Shown in pieces: positions 50,401 through 63,708 of a DNA stretch of 64,000 nucleotides. A program made the position numbers and the translations under genes. Source of the DNA: Chiloscyllium plagiosum (lineage: Eukaryota); contig NC_057756.1 of assembly GCF_004010195.1 (NCBI RefSeq), forward strand, positions 2,792,776 to 2,856,775, in the 5' to 3' direction. Within the stretch, counting starts at the first letter, position 1; every line of letters starts with the position of its first letter. The notes below the pieces were generated by a model, which searched no databases, was not told where the DNA came from, and worked only from the letters and a program-made list of their open reading frames with translations.

Positions 50401-51350
50401 GCCCATGCTGCATGTGCCAGTGAACAAACATCCATATCTTCTATTCCCATTTTCCTCTCTTGACAGGTCGGCACTATTCAGATTCGAGGGTACCTTTAAA
50501 TAGTCCATTAACGGTTGGTATGGTACTGCTTTTGGCAGCATATTCCAGAGTCTCTCAAGGAAACCGAGTCTAACTCTATTTGACAAGTTTTTGCTCCTCA
50601 CTATTCCCGCAACTTCTCTGCTCGAAGGAAAACAACGTTGACCTATCCATTTTTGGTTGATTTGGTCCGAATTATGGAGCACTTAGATAAATCTATTCTG
50701 CACATTTGCTCGTCAACTCACATTCATCATTGTGTGTGACGGTCAGAACTGCAGACAGCACTCCATACTCAGCCTAAAAGACATTACACAGAATCACGTT
50801 GTTACCTTGGTATTTGTATTTTCCAGTCATGGCGAGTATGATGTCTGCCTTCTAAATAACATTATTCACTGGCAATGCTGTCTTAAATAGGACGTGCACA
50901 CGAAAGTCTATCGAACTAATTGCGCTTCCAATGATCCAAACATTCCAAGGAAACACCCTTGAATTGATTATTCTTTAAAACAAAAGTATCACCTTGTAGC
51001 GATTAGCATTGAATTCAGCCAAATGTTTCAAATTCTAACCATGCTCACGTCACGAATAACCAGTCTGTCGAATCCAATTATTTCAGGAATATTAAAATGC
51101 CTGTCTTCCATCCCAAAATAAAGAAAACCTCGACACCAGCCATCGTTCTTCTCTGGAGAGAATACAGTTTTAGCAGACTCATTTAAAACCTTGGCTCTGT
51201 CTTCTGGATCCACGAGCACTTTTTTTCTAATTTGACCCAATGTGTTCCTTGTATCTTTCTTGCACCAATAGACGTCGAATGCAAGGTTATTTCATGATTC
51301 TCTCATCTTCAATGTGATTTCCTTGTAGGCAATGTTTTCACACCCAATTC
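50400..51350 (-). mobile_element. Decayed CR1 fragment
   Basis: ERLWNMLPKAV and AKVLNESAKTVFS motifs on the minus strand. Confidence 0.6.
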
Positions 51351-51399
51351 TTTTTCTTCTTAAATGAAGAATTCACCCAATTCAGAAACTTTATTTTTG

Positions 51400-51712
51400 A
51401 CTAATTTGTGTCATTATCAATAATCATTCGAAATTTAACTGAATTATGGTCAAATGCCTTAAATTATAACACGCAGCCATATCCTTAAAATCCTGCCCTG
51501 CCTACTAATGAATTAGACTTTGAATAAGCTGTGGAAAATCCAAATTTATTATGTATCAAGCTCATAAATGACTTTTATCAAAGGACAGGCTTCAAGCAAA
51601 TAGTGTCAACATGGCACCTTAAGATTTTAAAGAGCAACTACATCAAGCACTTCTGCAAGTCTCCTCCATCGTATGCTAAGTAACACTTAGAAGGTGGTAG
51701 CATGTGGACGTC
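51400..51712 (+). pseudogene. MORC2: MORC-like N-terminal GHKL fragment
   Basis: IIRNLTELWSNAL (LFGALAELVDNAR), NMAP*DF (GMDPSDA), LEGGSMW (LKSGSMR). Confidence 0.55.
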
Positions 51713-52329
51713 TTGATCCAGGGCTCAAGCATTTGACTCTTTTCTTGCGCAGGTCGATTTTCTTCCTCTCTCATTTCTTTTCTGAGATTTTGCAGTGCCT
51801 TGGAGGAACTGAGTGCCAGAATGCTGTAGGCTGATGAGATGGAGTGGCGCAAAGTGGTAAGGGGCGTGTGAAAATTTTAGCGAATGTGTGCATTGAGGGT
51901 GTGTTTGATAACACAGAATTTGAACATAGCATAAAAAAAACACAAGTAGCGCACAACAATTTTGCTCATGGTGATAAGTGTTAGTGTTAATTCCGATGCA
52001 TGATGAACCTGTAAAAACAATATTTGCTGTGCCTAATCAAATCGAAAGGAGATGGAAAAAAATATGATTTATTTGATAAGAAAACCAAATAGATCGATAT
52101 CTCACAGAGTGTGTCATCTGACAAAGATCGCAATGTGTTTTGATGGTGAAGGAAATCAAAAGGAAAATATTATAACACAAAGTGAAGAAAAAGATCAGAC
52201 GTTTCAGAGACAAAACCTGACTTTTCTGGATAATTGCAACATGTCTGGTACCATCTGAAGAGAGAAATCAGATATAACAATTCAGAATAAGGGATACTGA
52301 GCTTATAAAAAGCAATTTATGTTTTAGGC

Positions 52330-53600
52330 TCTGATATTTGGCGTTCCCAGTTTTTCTTTTTTTATTCAAATGAGTTTGAATTGGGGATTCCACAAATTAA
52401 AACGGACAACGTGGAAGCTCTTTAAAAATACTATAGGTTGAAGAGTTACATTTCAGAGGTTAAATAGAAATGATCTCAAAGATTTATGAAAATCAGACAG
52501 AGAGATATGTGGAAATAAACTGACAAATACGAATCTAATTACATGTGATGTCGATGTAGGAAATGCTGTTCTTATTTTGCAATTTCCTTATCGACATAAC
52601 TCTTTAAAGTTGACACAGTTCCAAAAGGAAATTCAATGACTGCTCAAAAGTAATGTAATCAAACTGAGTTGCAGTGACCAGAACTCAACCATAATCATCG
52701 TTCCAAAACAGGTGGAATACCATGACTATTTTGTGTACTTTTATAATATCAATAAGGTGGCAATGTATGTTTCAAACCTTATTTCACGCTTGTAAAACTG
52801 CATTGAGTAAGTGGGACAATCAAGTTAGATTGCCAAGTTGAATTTCCTCAGATGATGCAGCACCTACCTTGAGCTGAAAGAATTAAATAAAACGGATTTT
52901 GTGACACCAACTGGACTGTACAGTTAAAAAGAGACATGACATTTCCAATGAAAAATGTGTTAAGCACATTTCGACGACTAACCAGAAGAGTCATTCTTTG
53001 ATTATTAAACTGGATGTTGTCCATCGATGACCTAAGGATTTTTTGTCACAAATGAAAGTAAAGTTTGCACCATCCAACTGAATTGTTCGATTATCTTCAG
53101 GAGTTGGGTGAATAGACAAATCTGTCCACGTGCGTGCTTCCAGAAGCCCAAGCCACATTCCTGAGCCATGTAATTGGAATGAAAATATGACCGTAAGAAT
53201 GTCAAAGTAAATTTAATTGGGGAGTTTCCCATACCATCACTGAATTGTTGAATAAAACATTTTACCGGATTAAGTGTCGTTTATTTTCATAAGTAGCACC
53301 AAAATCGACCAGTACAGTTGCTCAATTGTCTGCCTTAATGAAGAAGTGAAGAACATTTTAGTAAATGGAAGAATGTCAGAAGGATTTTAGAAGCCTGAGA
53401 ATTGTGTCAACCACTGCCTCATGTTCGCCATTTTTAGTTACAGAAAGCCATTCATGGTGGCTATCAAGGCAATTAATGTTTATGTCAGTGCTCTACATTT
53501 ACAAGAACACAATAAGAAGATATAACGACCGATTGACATTATTTTTCTCCTGATATTCTGTTGTTCCTTGGAAAAACAATGTTCCACAATTCAGTAGAAA
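52330..53600 (+). mobile_element. Decayed Gypsy RT-RNase H fragment
   Basis: CDVDVGNA, IIIVPK, FVTPTGLY and IDD remnants. Confidence 0.7.
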
Positions 53601-53611
53601 ACGCTGAACTT

Positions 53612-54200
53612 TGTATGGGCCAGACCTGACCTCCCTCAAAATATTTTCAGAATGTGGCCAAAACCCTTTGCTTTTCTTATTTTAAAGTAAGATATGAAGT
53701 GGGTACTCGAGGTATGATGAAGCTGGTCAAACCACTCAGCGTGTTGCAGATTACATTTGAAGTCCAAACAAAAAAAAATGGAATTTAGAATGATTTACCT
53801 ATTGGCAAACTTAACATACCACGTATAGTAAATTAACTAAGGGACTGTTCCAATCCAACAACATCCCATAAACATATCCCTTGGCAGAAAGTCAATAAAA
53901 GCACAAGTTATTACAGGCAGGAGGAAAAACATCCAAAATGAATTCAGAGAGCAAGCGGTTCAGTAATCAATTAATGAAGCTCATAGACTTTTCTGGTTTC
54001 AAGCATCTTGTGATTGGTGGCGTGAAACCAACAATCCCTCACCCCCAACAAAAAAAATATCTGAACTTGTATTCCGGGCCATTACCCTTCCACAGTTAAA
54101 CTAGAATCTTTCCCGACCTCTCAGCAGCTCTGCCCTTATGACATTTCTTCTTTTAACAAAAGCACGGACAAAATAACCTTGTTAAAGTGAGAGAATCGTC
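53612..54200 (-). mobile_element. Gypsy solo LTR
   Basis: Starts TGTATGGGCCAGACCTGACC..CTCAAAATATTT like the LTR at 14660. Confidence 0.65.
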
Positions 54201-54660
54201 AGAGATTGGTGTCGTTTTGCAAAACTTAAACATTGATATTTCCAGCAATGTCTCTAAACCAGTTATATATTATTGTGTTAATCTTTCAAACTTTATAGAA
54301 AAACTTCAGGTCACAAATGCAGAGCTATTTCTGTGACGTTTTCTGTTTGTTGCTGTCCCCATAAGCTTTACAAATTATAAGTGCAGCAAGACAAGAAATG
54401 ATCATTCTTGATGCAATGTCACAACATTGGTGAAGACAGGCAATGACATCCATTGGCGGGATCAAACAGACTGGTGCAGGTTGCAGCATTGGATGTTTGC
54501 GTGCTTGGTGTCAGTTTTAAGCATTTGCATTCTAGTGTAAGGTGTAAGGATTGATTTTTTTGTTTAATGAAGCTGTCTTTTTATATTCTATGTTAATTTC
54601 TTTGGGCGGGAAAGGGTGAAAGTAACGACACTTTGGCATTAAGAAGTGTATTTTGTTATG
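54200..54660 (+). pseudogene. TOPAZ1: TOPAZ1-like fragment (weak)
   Basis: VVLQNLNI (EVLQNLPG) and FLYSMLISLGG ([11 protein letters not shown]). Confidence 0.4.
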
Positions 54661-55543
54661 ATTTCATTCGAGAGAAAGATTGGGCGAGTGGAGATGAGCA
54701 GCATGTGATAACGTAAACAGACTCTGAGCATTTTTTAAGTTGAGAGATCAGAAACAGTCTGTTTACATGTGGTCAGTCTTAACAGGCTAGGATTTCAATT
54801 ATTTTAAGCTTTTAAATTCAGCAGAGCTGCTGGAGTCTTGAAGAAGGAAAACTATTTTCCTGAGTGTGCATTCTAGTGCTGCGAGGAAGTCTGCTGTCTT
54901 GGCATCCCTGCGGTTGTAGTTGAGTCCCTGGGCGAGTATTGCTTTTTCCGTGTCTGTGAGCTGCCTGAGGGAGAGGTTTCTAACCCAGGTGTGTGTTGTG
55001 GTGTCCTATCTGTTGTGTGTTAGTTTGGCAATTTTTTTCTTTCAGTGCCTTTATTTGCGGTGTGTGGTCCTGTTCTGTCCTATGGTGACGGCCTGTTCTA
55101 TGGTCCGGGTCCATTCCTGATTGGTGGTTTTTGAAATTAACGATTTTTGGCGCGCAATTTCTTGTCTGTATTTGTGAATTCTGTTGTGAACGTTTGTAAT
55201 CATAACCTGGATCATCCGGAATCCATTCTGTCTGGCTGTGTCCCTGGCTTGTGGGTTGTTGACATTTGTTCTGTATCTGACACATGGTGGAAGGATTCGA
55301 ATCTTTTGGCATTCATGCAGGAACCGGAGTTGTTCGTATGTGGCGCTTAGGCGGTTGGCACAGGATTCCCATTTACTGGCTTGTCTTAGCGTCTCTCGCC
55401 CGTACGTGTTCCAAGTTTGTGAGAAGGTTTGTAGCTCGGGTGCTTGTTGTTGTGGTTCTGTTCGCCGAGCTGGGAATTTGTGTTGCAGACATTTCGTCCC
55501 CTGTCTCGGTGACATCCTCCGTGTTTGGGAGCCTCCTGTGAAC

Positions 55544-56650
55544 CTGCTCAACATACAAAACAGACAACAGGATGGTGAACCTATCAACAAAGACAGCATG
55601 CTCAAACTACTGGACCTGTGCCTCACAACACATTTCACATTCAACAACCAAATATATGAACAAATCAACGGCACACCCATGGGCTCACCCATCACTGGAC
55701 TCATAGCAGAAGCGGTAATGCAAAGATTAGAACAAACAGTCTTACCACAAATTCAACCCAAACTCTGGGTCAGATATATGGATGACACCTTTGTAATCAT
55801 TGAAAACACAGAAATAGAGAACACATACCGGATCATCAACGCCACACTCACAGGAATCCGATTCACTAGAGAGGAAGAAAAGGACAACCAACTCCCATTC
55901 CTAGACGTGATGGTACAGAGAACACCCAACGGAGAATTCACCACAAAGTTATACAGGAAAGCCACACACACAGACCAAGTCCTGAACTACGAAAGCAACC
56001 ACCCCCAACATACACAAAAGAAATTGCATCAAGACACTGTTCAAAGGGGCCACAACAACACTGCAGTACACCAGAACTGCAAAAAGAGGAAGAAGAACAC
56101 CTATACAATGTATTCACCAAAAACGGATACCCGCGCAATTGCATCAACAGATGCCTAAGGGAAAGACAACGGAACGAGGACATGCCGCAACCTAAAGGAC
56201 GAGCCACATTACCATATATCCAGAGTATTTCCGAACTGACAGTCAGACTACTGTGATCAACAGGTCTCATAACAGAACACAAACCAACAGCCACTCTCCG
56301 ACAACAACTCACCAGAACGAAATACCCGATACCCAGCATGAACAAAACCAATGTAGTGTACAAAATCTCATGCAAGGACTGCACAAAACACTACATCGGA
56401 CAAACAGGAAGACAGCTAATGATCCGCATCCATGAACACCAAGTAGCCACGAAACGACACGACTAGCTATCCTTAGAAGCCACACACGCAGATGACAAGC
56501 AACATGAGTTCGACTGGGACAACACTACTGTTTTAGGACAAGCCAAACAGAGAACAGCCAGGGAATTCCTAGAGGCATGGCACTCATCCACAGATTCAAT
56601 CAATAAGCACATCGACCTGGACTCAATATACCGACCACTGCAACGGACAA
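55544..56650 (+). CDS. Penelope reverse transcriptase + GIY-YIG endonuclease (5'-truncated, frameshifted)
   Basis: YEQINGTPMGSP, WVRYMDDTF, LPFLDV, VVYKISCKDCTKHYIGQTGR, EFLEAWHS. Confidence 0.9.
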
Positions 56651-56740
56651 TTGGAACTGACAACCGGAAGCGGCAGATTCAAACCACTACAAATGCCGGA
56701 GGAAAAAATAGAAAAGCGCTTCACAGGAGGCTCCCAAGGA

Positions 56741-56773
56741 CTGAGGATGTCGCCTAGACAGGGACGAAACGTC
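56741..56773 (+). ncRNA. Minimal hammerhead ribozyme motif
   Basis: CTGAGGA-stem II-GAAAC-GTC in the Penelope terminal repeat. Confidence 0.6.
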
Positions 56774-56979
56774 TGCAACACAAATTCCCAGCTTGGCGAA
56801 CAGAACCACAACATACTTAAAATATTTTGAGGTAGTCAACCCTTATCAAAACTGGTCTGTTTTTTCTCGGTTCTTCTTTGAGGCGAAACCTTTCGATGTG
56901 GGACATAACAAGTCATCTTGAAATTGTGCATCTTCCTGTAAGCTTTTGTACTTAGAAGCTGAATCGACTGGATCTGCCC

Positions 56980-57610
56980 TCATGACGAAGTCACTCCATT
57001 TCAAAGTCAAAGAATTGAATGCTCTAGGGACTACACATTATTCCAGGATCCTATATATTTTAACGATTAAATACCCCAAACTGCTCACCATAAGCTTTTT
57101 ACTGAATGTGTGCTGCCTTGTACAAATGTAGAAAATAATTCGTATTTTTTACATCACTACTTTGCAAATAAATTTACAACATTCTCGAATCTTTTCCCAT
57201 GACCTGCTAAGATTTGTTGCCACCGTTCTGCTGATTACTGGCAACGACACTGAATTTCAACTTTCCTGCAGTTTTCCGCAGAGTATCTTAATTTGAATGC
57301 TATAAAAATACCTGCACTTCATACCAACTTGCATGTCTCGTGTTCATTATTATATTATGCTCTAACTGCATCGACTTTATCCAGTTCAATTTCTGTTCCT
57401 TACAAATAGTGATACCTTGTATCATATTTACATCTTGCCACTGCACCTGTTCATGACTTGCAGAACTTCATGACTTGCACTAAAAACAAATTCTATATTC
57501 ATGTCAATGCAGTAACTTCTAGATCATAGGCTCTTTTCTCATTAAGTAGATTGACATGCAAATGTCTAACAAACGGCTGTTGAAATCGAAGTATCTTACA
57601 TCAATTGTAA
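56980..57610 (-). pseudogene. TOPAZ1: Two tandem TOPAZ1-like C-terminal fragments
   Basis: 57490-57610: PFVRHLHVNLLNEKRAYDLEVTALT*I vs [27 protein letters not shown]. 56980-57340: RML*IYLQSS, KIRIIFYIC..LGYLIV, I*DPGIM, TLKW. Confidence 0.7.
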
Positions 57611-57662
57611 TCATGTTCTTCAAACTTGAAGGAAATGTGAGAACGTTTTCAGACATTGTTCA

Positions 57663-57953
57663 GATTACTTACAGTGTTGAAACAGGCCCTTCGGCCCAAC
57701 AAGTCCACACCAAGCCTCCGAAGAGCAACCCACCCAGAACCATTCCCCTACACCTAACACTACGGGCAATTTAGCATGGCCAGTTTACCTAACCTGCACA
57801 TTTTTGGATTGTGGGAGGAAACTGGAGCACTCGGAATAAACTCACTAAGACACAGGGAGAAAGTGAAAAGTCCACACAGATAGTTGCCCGAGGCTGGAAT
57901 TGAACCTGGGTCTCTGGAACTGTGAGGTAGCAGTGCTAACCACGGTGCCACCC
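57663..57953 (-). mobile_element. HE1 SINE
   Basis: Similar to 43571-43895. Confidence 0.85.
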
Positions 57954-58129
57954 CTTTGTAAAAGCATAATGGCTTTCTTTGATGACATCACATTTTCATA
58001 AACCTTAGTCAATGCACCCAATAATTAATGTCAACATTTTTATAATAAGAAACGTTAACCTAACAGGCCTGCAGTTATTTGGTTTGTTTATGTCTTTCTG
58101 CGGTAAAAAAAAAAAGGGGCAGACTTCTC

Positions 58130-58495
58130 AGCCTTTATAATTTTATGAAAATCAAAGGCTTCTTTTAAATCAACTTCAAATTTATGGACATTTTCTGCAG
58201 TAATTCCTTTCAAGATCTTTTGTTAAAATATAACATATCCATTGGACTGTTTGTCTTTCCTCAACCTCAAGTTACCTTTAATTCATGATTTTTTTTATGA
58301 TCCAGCGACAAGTATTGTATTTATTTCCTTTTATTCGTATTAGACCTTGATTATTCAGTAATACAGGAAAGCAGTCGAAATATTTCACTTTAACTTTCAC
58401 TTTAATCTTTAAAATGTCTGCAATTTCTTGGTTTACTGCCAATATTTTATACGGACATTTAGGCTTCTCTGTTTCTTCTTCTCTGTGTAACTTGT
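58130..58495 (-). pseudogene. TOPAZ1: TOPAZ1-like helical fragment
   Basis: YKILAVNQEIADILKIKVKVKVKYF vs [32 protein letters not shown] vs TLTKNYE. Confidence 0.6.
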
Positions 58496-58500
58496 TGATG

Positions 58501-59240
58501 GAACATAGAACATAGAACAGAGAAGAATACAGCGCAGTATAGGCCCTTCGGCCCTCGATGTTGCGCCGATCCAAGCCCACCTAAACTACACGAGCCCACT
58601 ATCCTCCATATGCCTATCCAATGCCCACTTAAATGCCCATAATGAGGGAGAGTCCACCACTGCTACTGGCAGGGCATTCCATGAACTCACGACTCGCTGA
58701 GTAAAGAATCTACCCCTAACATCTGTCCTATACCTACCACTCCCTTAATTTAAAGCTATGCCCCCTTGTAATAGCTGACTCCATACGTGGAAAAAGATTC
58801 TCACTGTCGACCCTATCTAAACCCCTAATCATCTTGTACACCTCTATCAAGTTACCCCAAAACCTTCTTTTCTCCAATGAAAACAACCCCAAGTGCCTCA
58901 GCCTTTCCTCATACGATCTTTGTACCATACCAGGCAACATCCTGGTAAACCTCCTCTGCAACTGTTCCAGTGCCTCCACATCCTTCCTACAGTATGGCGA
59001 CCAAAACAGCACACAGTACTCCAGATGCGGCCGCACCAGAGTCTTATACAACTGCAACATGACCTCAGTACTCCGGAACTCAATTCCTCTACCAATAAAA
59101 GCCAGTACGCCATATACCTTCTTCACCGCACTATTTACCTGGGTAGTAACTTTCAAAGATCTGTGTACATGGACACCAATATCCCTCTGCTCATCCACAC
59201 TACCAAGTATCCGACCATTAGCCCAGTACCCCATCTTTTT
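58501..59240 (-). mobile_element. Young 5'-truncated CR1 LINE
   Basis: ORF 58734-59432 LYKTLVRPHLEYCVLFWSP; (CATAGAA)n tail at 58501. Confidence 0.93.
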
Positions 59241-59850
59241 GTTATGTTTGTTGATGTTATTGTTTCGTAAAGCGTTCCAACCTTTTCCAAAGTTTTCCAT
59301 CATAGTTTTTCTCCAGTTATGTGTATGCTTGCTCAGATTAGAAGGGATTTGCAGACGTTTCATTCCCTCTCTAGGTGACATCTTCAGTACATTGGAACCT
59401 CCTTCTACGCGCTGTCGCATTGTTTCTACCATAAGTAATTTGGTTCGGCTCCTGCTGCTTTCAGTTGCTGTTTCTGGTCGTTCATTTCAGTGGCATACAT
59501 ATTGGATCTCGGTCTACATGCTTGTTTATGGGGACCGTGGATGAGTGACATGATTCCAAAAATTCCCTGGCTGTCCTCTGTTTGGATTGTGCTACAGTAG
59601 TTGTTTTGTCCAACTCGTATTTGTGGTGTCTGTCATCTGTGTATATGGGTGTTGCAGAAAGCTTTTCTGACGTTCTGACAGGATGCCAATTGCCAGTTGA
59701 CTGCCTGCTTGTCCTACATGATGTTGCGTGCTGCATTTGCATGGGATCCTTGAAATTAAGATTGTCGTGCATCTGCTGGGTATAGGTTGATTTGACCTGA
59801 TGATTGTTGTCTGAGTGTCGCAACTGGTTTAGTAAGATGGTTTCATTTGT
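59240..59850 (-). mobile_element. Decayed Penelope 3' fragment with hammerhead remnant
   Basis: AREFLESCHSSTVPINKHVDRDPI; CTGAAGA..GAAACGTC on the minus strand near 59352-59387. Confidence 0.8.
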
Positions 59851-59859
59851 ATCGAATTC

Positions 59860-60150
59860 TCACGGTGGCTCAGTGGTTAGCACTTTTGAATAAAAGTAAC
59901 AGGGTCCCAGGTGCGACTCTAGACTTTGGCGACTATCTGTGTGGGGTTTGCATATTCTCCTCGTGTCTGCGTGGGTTTCCTCTGGGTGCTCTGGTTTCCT
60001 CTCACAGTCCCGGTGAGCTGGCCATGCCGAGTTGACCATCGTGAGGTGATTTCGTCTGAAGGAAATGGATTGTGGTGGTTTTGTCTTCGGAGGTTCAGTG
60101 TGGAATTGTTGGGGCGTTGGGCCTGTTTCCACACTGTAGGGAATCTAACC
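59860..60150 (+). mobile_element. Decayed HE1 SINE
   Basis: CACGGTGGCTCAGTGGTTAGCACT head; GGGCCTGTTTCCACACTGTAG end. Confidence 0.8.
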
Positions 60151-60239
60151 TTTATGCACTGTTATGAATTCCAGTGTTTGAAGAAGTCCGAATGTTAGTT
60201 TCAAGATATTATTTATGTAATATAGCATTTATGTAATAC

Positions 60240-60385
60240 TGTGTTTTGTCATAGCATGTCCTTATCGCGTGGTTTGTCTGTCAGGCATCTGAAGATGAAG
60301 TTGCGGTTCTTGGAGAATACTATATAACAGTGCACTTATTTTCTTCGTAGAATGCAACTCTTTTGTGTTGCATTAAGATGACTGC
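60240..60385 (+). pseudogene. TOPAZ1: TOPAZ1-like C-terminal fragment (weak)
   Basis: LSVRHLKMKL..CVALR*L vs [17 protein letters not shown]. Confidence 0.45.
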
Positions 60386-60389
60386 CAGT

Positions 60390-60690
60390 GAATTTCGAGA
60401 AGCATGGCACTCATCCACGGACTCCATCAACAAGCATGTAGACACGGACTAAATACGTCGGGTGAAATTGAACGACCAGGAGCAGCGATTGGAATCAGCA
60501 GAAACGGAACCAACTAAATTTCAGTCGACACAATACAGTACCGCTTTAGAGGAGTCTCCAAAGCGCTGAATATGTAACTGCAGCAGGCGCTGACACGTTT
60601 TTTTCCAAGTCAACTTTCCAGTTCAGTGAACATACCCACAACTTTGAGGACTATCACCCGAGCTATAAATCTTTACAGAAACCCTGAGTC
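60390..60690 (+). mobile_element. Decayed Penelope 3' fragment
   Basis: EAWHSSTDSINKHVD motif and a terminal-repeat remnant. Confidence 0.75.
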
Positions 60691-60805
60691 TTATATTTTC
60701 CATTACTTCTCATCACCAGTTATATTTTTGTTGTTTCAAATCGAATTTATCTTTAACTGCCCCGGTTAACTGTTGTCTTTTACCATTGTCATCATATATC
60801 TTCCG

Positions 60806-60807
<2 letters not shown>

Positions 60808-60858
<51 letters not shown>
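60808..60858. repeat. (AT)n microsatellite
   Basis: Directly visible. Confidence 0.97.
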
Positions 60859-60863
<5 letters not shown>

Positions 60864-60864
60864 A

Positions 60865-61160
60865 TCAAGTTATGAACTGTTCTCTGCAACTATTGACTTT
60901 GTTCCTCAGGATGCGATGCACGTTTGAGTAAAGAGGCTGAAAAGCATCTGTTGTGATTCTCCATTTCGCCACAATAGCTAAAATATTGCACAAAGTAACC
61001 TTTGTCTTCTGCAGTAATTAATATAATATTGGTACACTGTTAAGTTGTTAAGAACACTTTTTCGTCTCTTTTGCACTTTGATCCATGTGATTTTTATGCA
61101 TTATCCGGCTCTGATGTGAAGGTCCTGAATGTCAGAGAGAAATCTTGTAATTATCGCATA
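60865..61160 (+). pseudogene. MORC2: MORC-like fragments (weak)
   Basis: YELFSATIDFV..VKRL (EFLFGALAELV..ERL) and FSSLLHFDP..SGSDVKV (YTSVLYFNP..AKRVKT). Confidence 0.4.
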
Positions 61161-61499
61161 TCATCTTGCTTTCTATGCTTCCCACTACAGTCTTCAAGAC
61201 TCTCTATGCCCCTTCTACATCCTTCGGTATTCCATTCGCCAGGACACAAACCCAAATACAGAATTAAAATCCAACTAGACAAGTCATATCTTTCACTAGT
61301 GCAGTTGGCAGTACCTCAAGGAAAGAAATTCAGAATAACCAGGTTAATCATTTAGCCACAGACGAGAATGCAAGTATTTTATGACTTCCCTGAGACTTTC
61401 CTTCATATTTTCATTTCTGTCTTTGCCTGATGTTATGCGTTTTTTTTGCCAACACCTCAACAATGATATCATTCACTTTTTTGCGTGTTGGTTTTAAAA

Positions 61500-62040
61500 T
61501 TTTATTCAAAAGTCACGATTTGACAAAACCGTGGAGGTCTTATTCCTGCACTATTTGACTCCTTAATCAATATGGCGACATCATCATGACTAAAAAAAGT
61601 AATATCCCGGATTACTGAACTACCTGTCCTCACACTTTCTATGCCACATATTTTTGCAAGCCTTGACATCACGTTACGAAGTGGAATGCTCAAGTCCTTC
61701 GGCATTCTCATAAATCTCTTTGGATGTGAATATCTGGTACCTGAAATTACCATACTATCTTGTGCCTCCATCTTGTACCTTCACAAAATATTCCAGAATG
61801 ACATGTTTCACACTCTAAACTTGTCGGTGTATCGCGCACGCTTTTCTCGTCACTCTGAATCTCATCACTGAGATTAATGAATTTAACCTCCTGTACTTCA
61901 CATGTGCAATTTTCCTGGAAAGATTCTTATTTCTGTTCCTGTTTAGACTCAATTCCTCGAACAGTTATTGCTTCCAAATTACCTGAAACGAAACGAATGA
62001 TACAAACTTCGGAGGTCTTATCTGTTTCCCTACTCCTTAA
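61500..62040 (-). pseudogene. TOPAZ1: TOPAZ1-like N-terminal region fragment
   Basis: E/S/K-rich frame, then FQVPDI...IPLRN with spacing matching TOPAZ1 FIVPDL...IPLLKN apart from a frameshift. Confidence 0.5.
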
Positions 62041-62099
62041 GACATATTTTACTTGTTCTATATTCTAATTCCTATACAAAATTGCATGTTTCCCCGGAG

Positions 62100-62340
62100 A
62101 GAGTCCAGACGTTGCAAGTTTCGAATTTTTTTTTTAAATATTATGCCAAACTCACTAAATTATTGTTGAAAACTGCTCATTCCATTACTCTCTAAGTTTG
62201 TGATACAAACTGAATGTTCACCATCTTACTTTAGATGATACGGTGCTTTATGAGTAACATAAAAAAGCTCTTGGCCCTGAAAATCAAAGCAACACTGTCT
62301 ATACACTTCAATGAGCACAGAAACTCCTGCCTGCGCCGCT
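62100..62340 (+). pseudogene. TOPAZ1: TOPAZ1-like helical fragment
   Basis: NFFFKYYAKLTKL (NIFEYVATMKL), LIPLLSKFV..PSYF (LIDIFCKLV..PEHF), NIKKLLALK (EITAVLEMK). Confidence 0.5.
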
Positions 62341-62629
62341 CTGGAGAATTGTTTTCATCTGATAGTCTCCCTTTATTAATGTTCCATCTTTTCTTATTTG
62401 TTCTCGCTGCCCGACACAGCTAACAATCAGTTTTGAGTTGTCCACACTTAGATTCTATCTTGAGAGAAACGTATGATAGGGATTTGCTGCCTACCTACCT
62501 GCTCTCCCTCTGTTAGACTTTCGTCTGACTGAATTTTAAAACCAAGTTTAAGGGCATTGAAATGGTCATTGGATTGGCATACGGACGATAATATATTTAG
62601 CAAAAGCCTTTTAAACAGTACTGCCGGGT

Positions 62630-62900
62630 AATCGTGCCTGGAAGCAAGCTATCAAAATGACCCTGAACCTGCTTGATGGAAACCTTTTTTCAAGTGATGT
62701 TAAAGCTCCAATTATCAGTACTTAATCTAATCAGACTCTGGCACATTCTGCAACTGCGGTCATTCATGTTACCATTTGGAACGGTGTTTCCTGCATGTGG
62801 CATACCATCAGAGAATGATTTATTATCTGCTATACCATATCTTAGGCATAAATGTGTTTCCTTTATGATGACATTACATCATTATCTGTGCCTAACTTCG
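62630..62900 (+). pseudogene. TOPAZ1: TOPAZ1-like post-zinc-finger fragment
   Basis: ORF 62673-62972 METFFQVMLKLQLSVL..LPFGTVF..ENDLLSAI vs MDVFKKYININELCLL..FPPGVYF..LNDLLNSL. Confidence 0.55.
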
Positions 62901-63708
62901 TTTACCTTTATTTTTCTTCTCGTAAGAGTGAACTTTGACTTATTTATCGCAATGCATAATACACAATCTTAATTTATTGTACTCGTAGGTAGTGTTAGCA
63001 TGAGTTTCTTACAGGTTTTCTTTGAAGCACATTTTGGTTTTTCTCTCTACTCTATTGCCCGACAGGAGCACTGGGATTCTAAATTTAGAACACATTTCCG
63101 AGACTGCTTCAGTGTGATGTCCGTCCAAGGGGACTGCTCTTAGTTTACTTCAACACAATGCTGATCGTGAGTGAATTTTGACGTCAATTTTAAAGGCATC
63201 GAAATGGTCATTGGATAGGCATTTTGGCGAGAATGGAATAATGTAGGTTAGATTGGTTTTAAATTGGTTCAACCGTTCAGCTCAAAATCGAGGGCAGAAG
63301 GGCTTGAATTGTGCTGTGTTGTTCGATCTGCTATGCTCTCTGTTCTATAAATTATGCCTGACTAAGCTCAGAGTAAGTTCACACTGTGGAGAAATGTTTA
63401 ATAGAACGCAGCAGTATGCAAAATAATTATCCGAAATATTTACTTAAGAATGCGACTTTGTGAAGTTCATCTATCCAACTGGAAATAATGGGATGACACT
63501 TTCCGTGGGTACATATATTTGAATGAGTTAAATGAGAAAAAAAGGCTCAGCTGAAACCTGGAACATGCTTGGCCAATTCAAATGATTCTGTTGTTCATTC
63601 GACGCAATTTCCTCTTACAGCTTACTCGAAAATAGCGTAGAATTGAATACGCTCACCAATCCCTTCATAAGAAACTTTTTTTTTACATTGATACTCTATT
63701 AACAGATC

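Larger units (their letters stand above)
54880..56812 (+). mobile_element. Young Penelope-like element with inverted 5' segment
   Basis: Plus-strand RT and GIY-YIG from about 55544; terminal repeat 56716-56812; an inverted terminal repeat plus N-terminal ORF at 54880-55543. Confidence 0.9.

Noticed and set aside
58834..59544. 236-aa plus-strand ORF (and 55051-55704 on the minus strand)
   Set aside because: Antisense or junction-spanning frames of CR1/Penelope elements.
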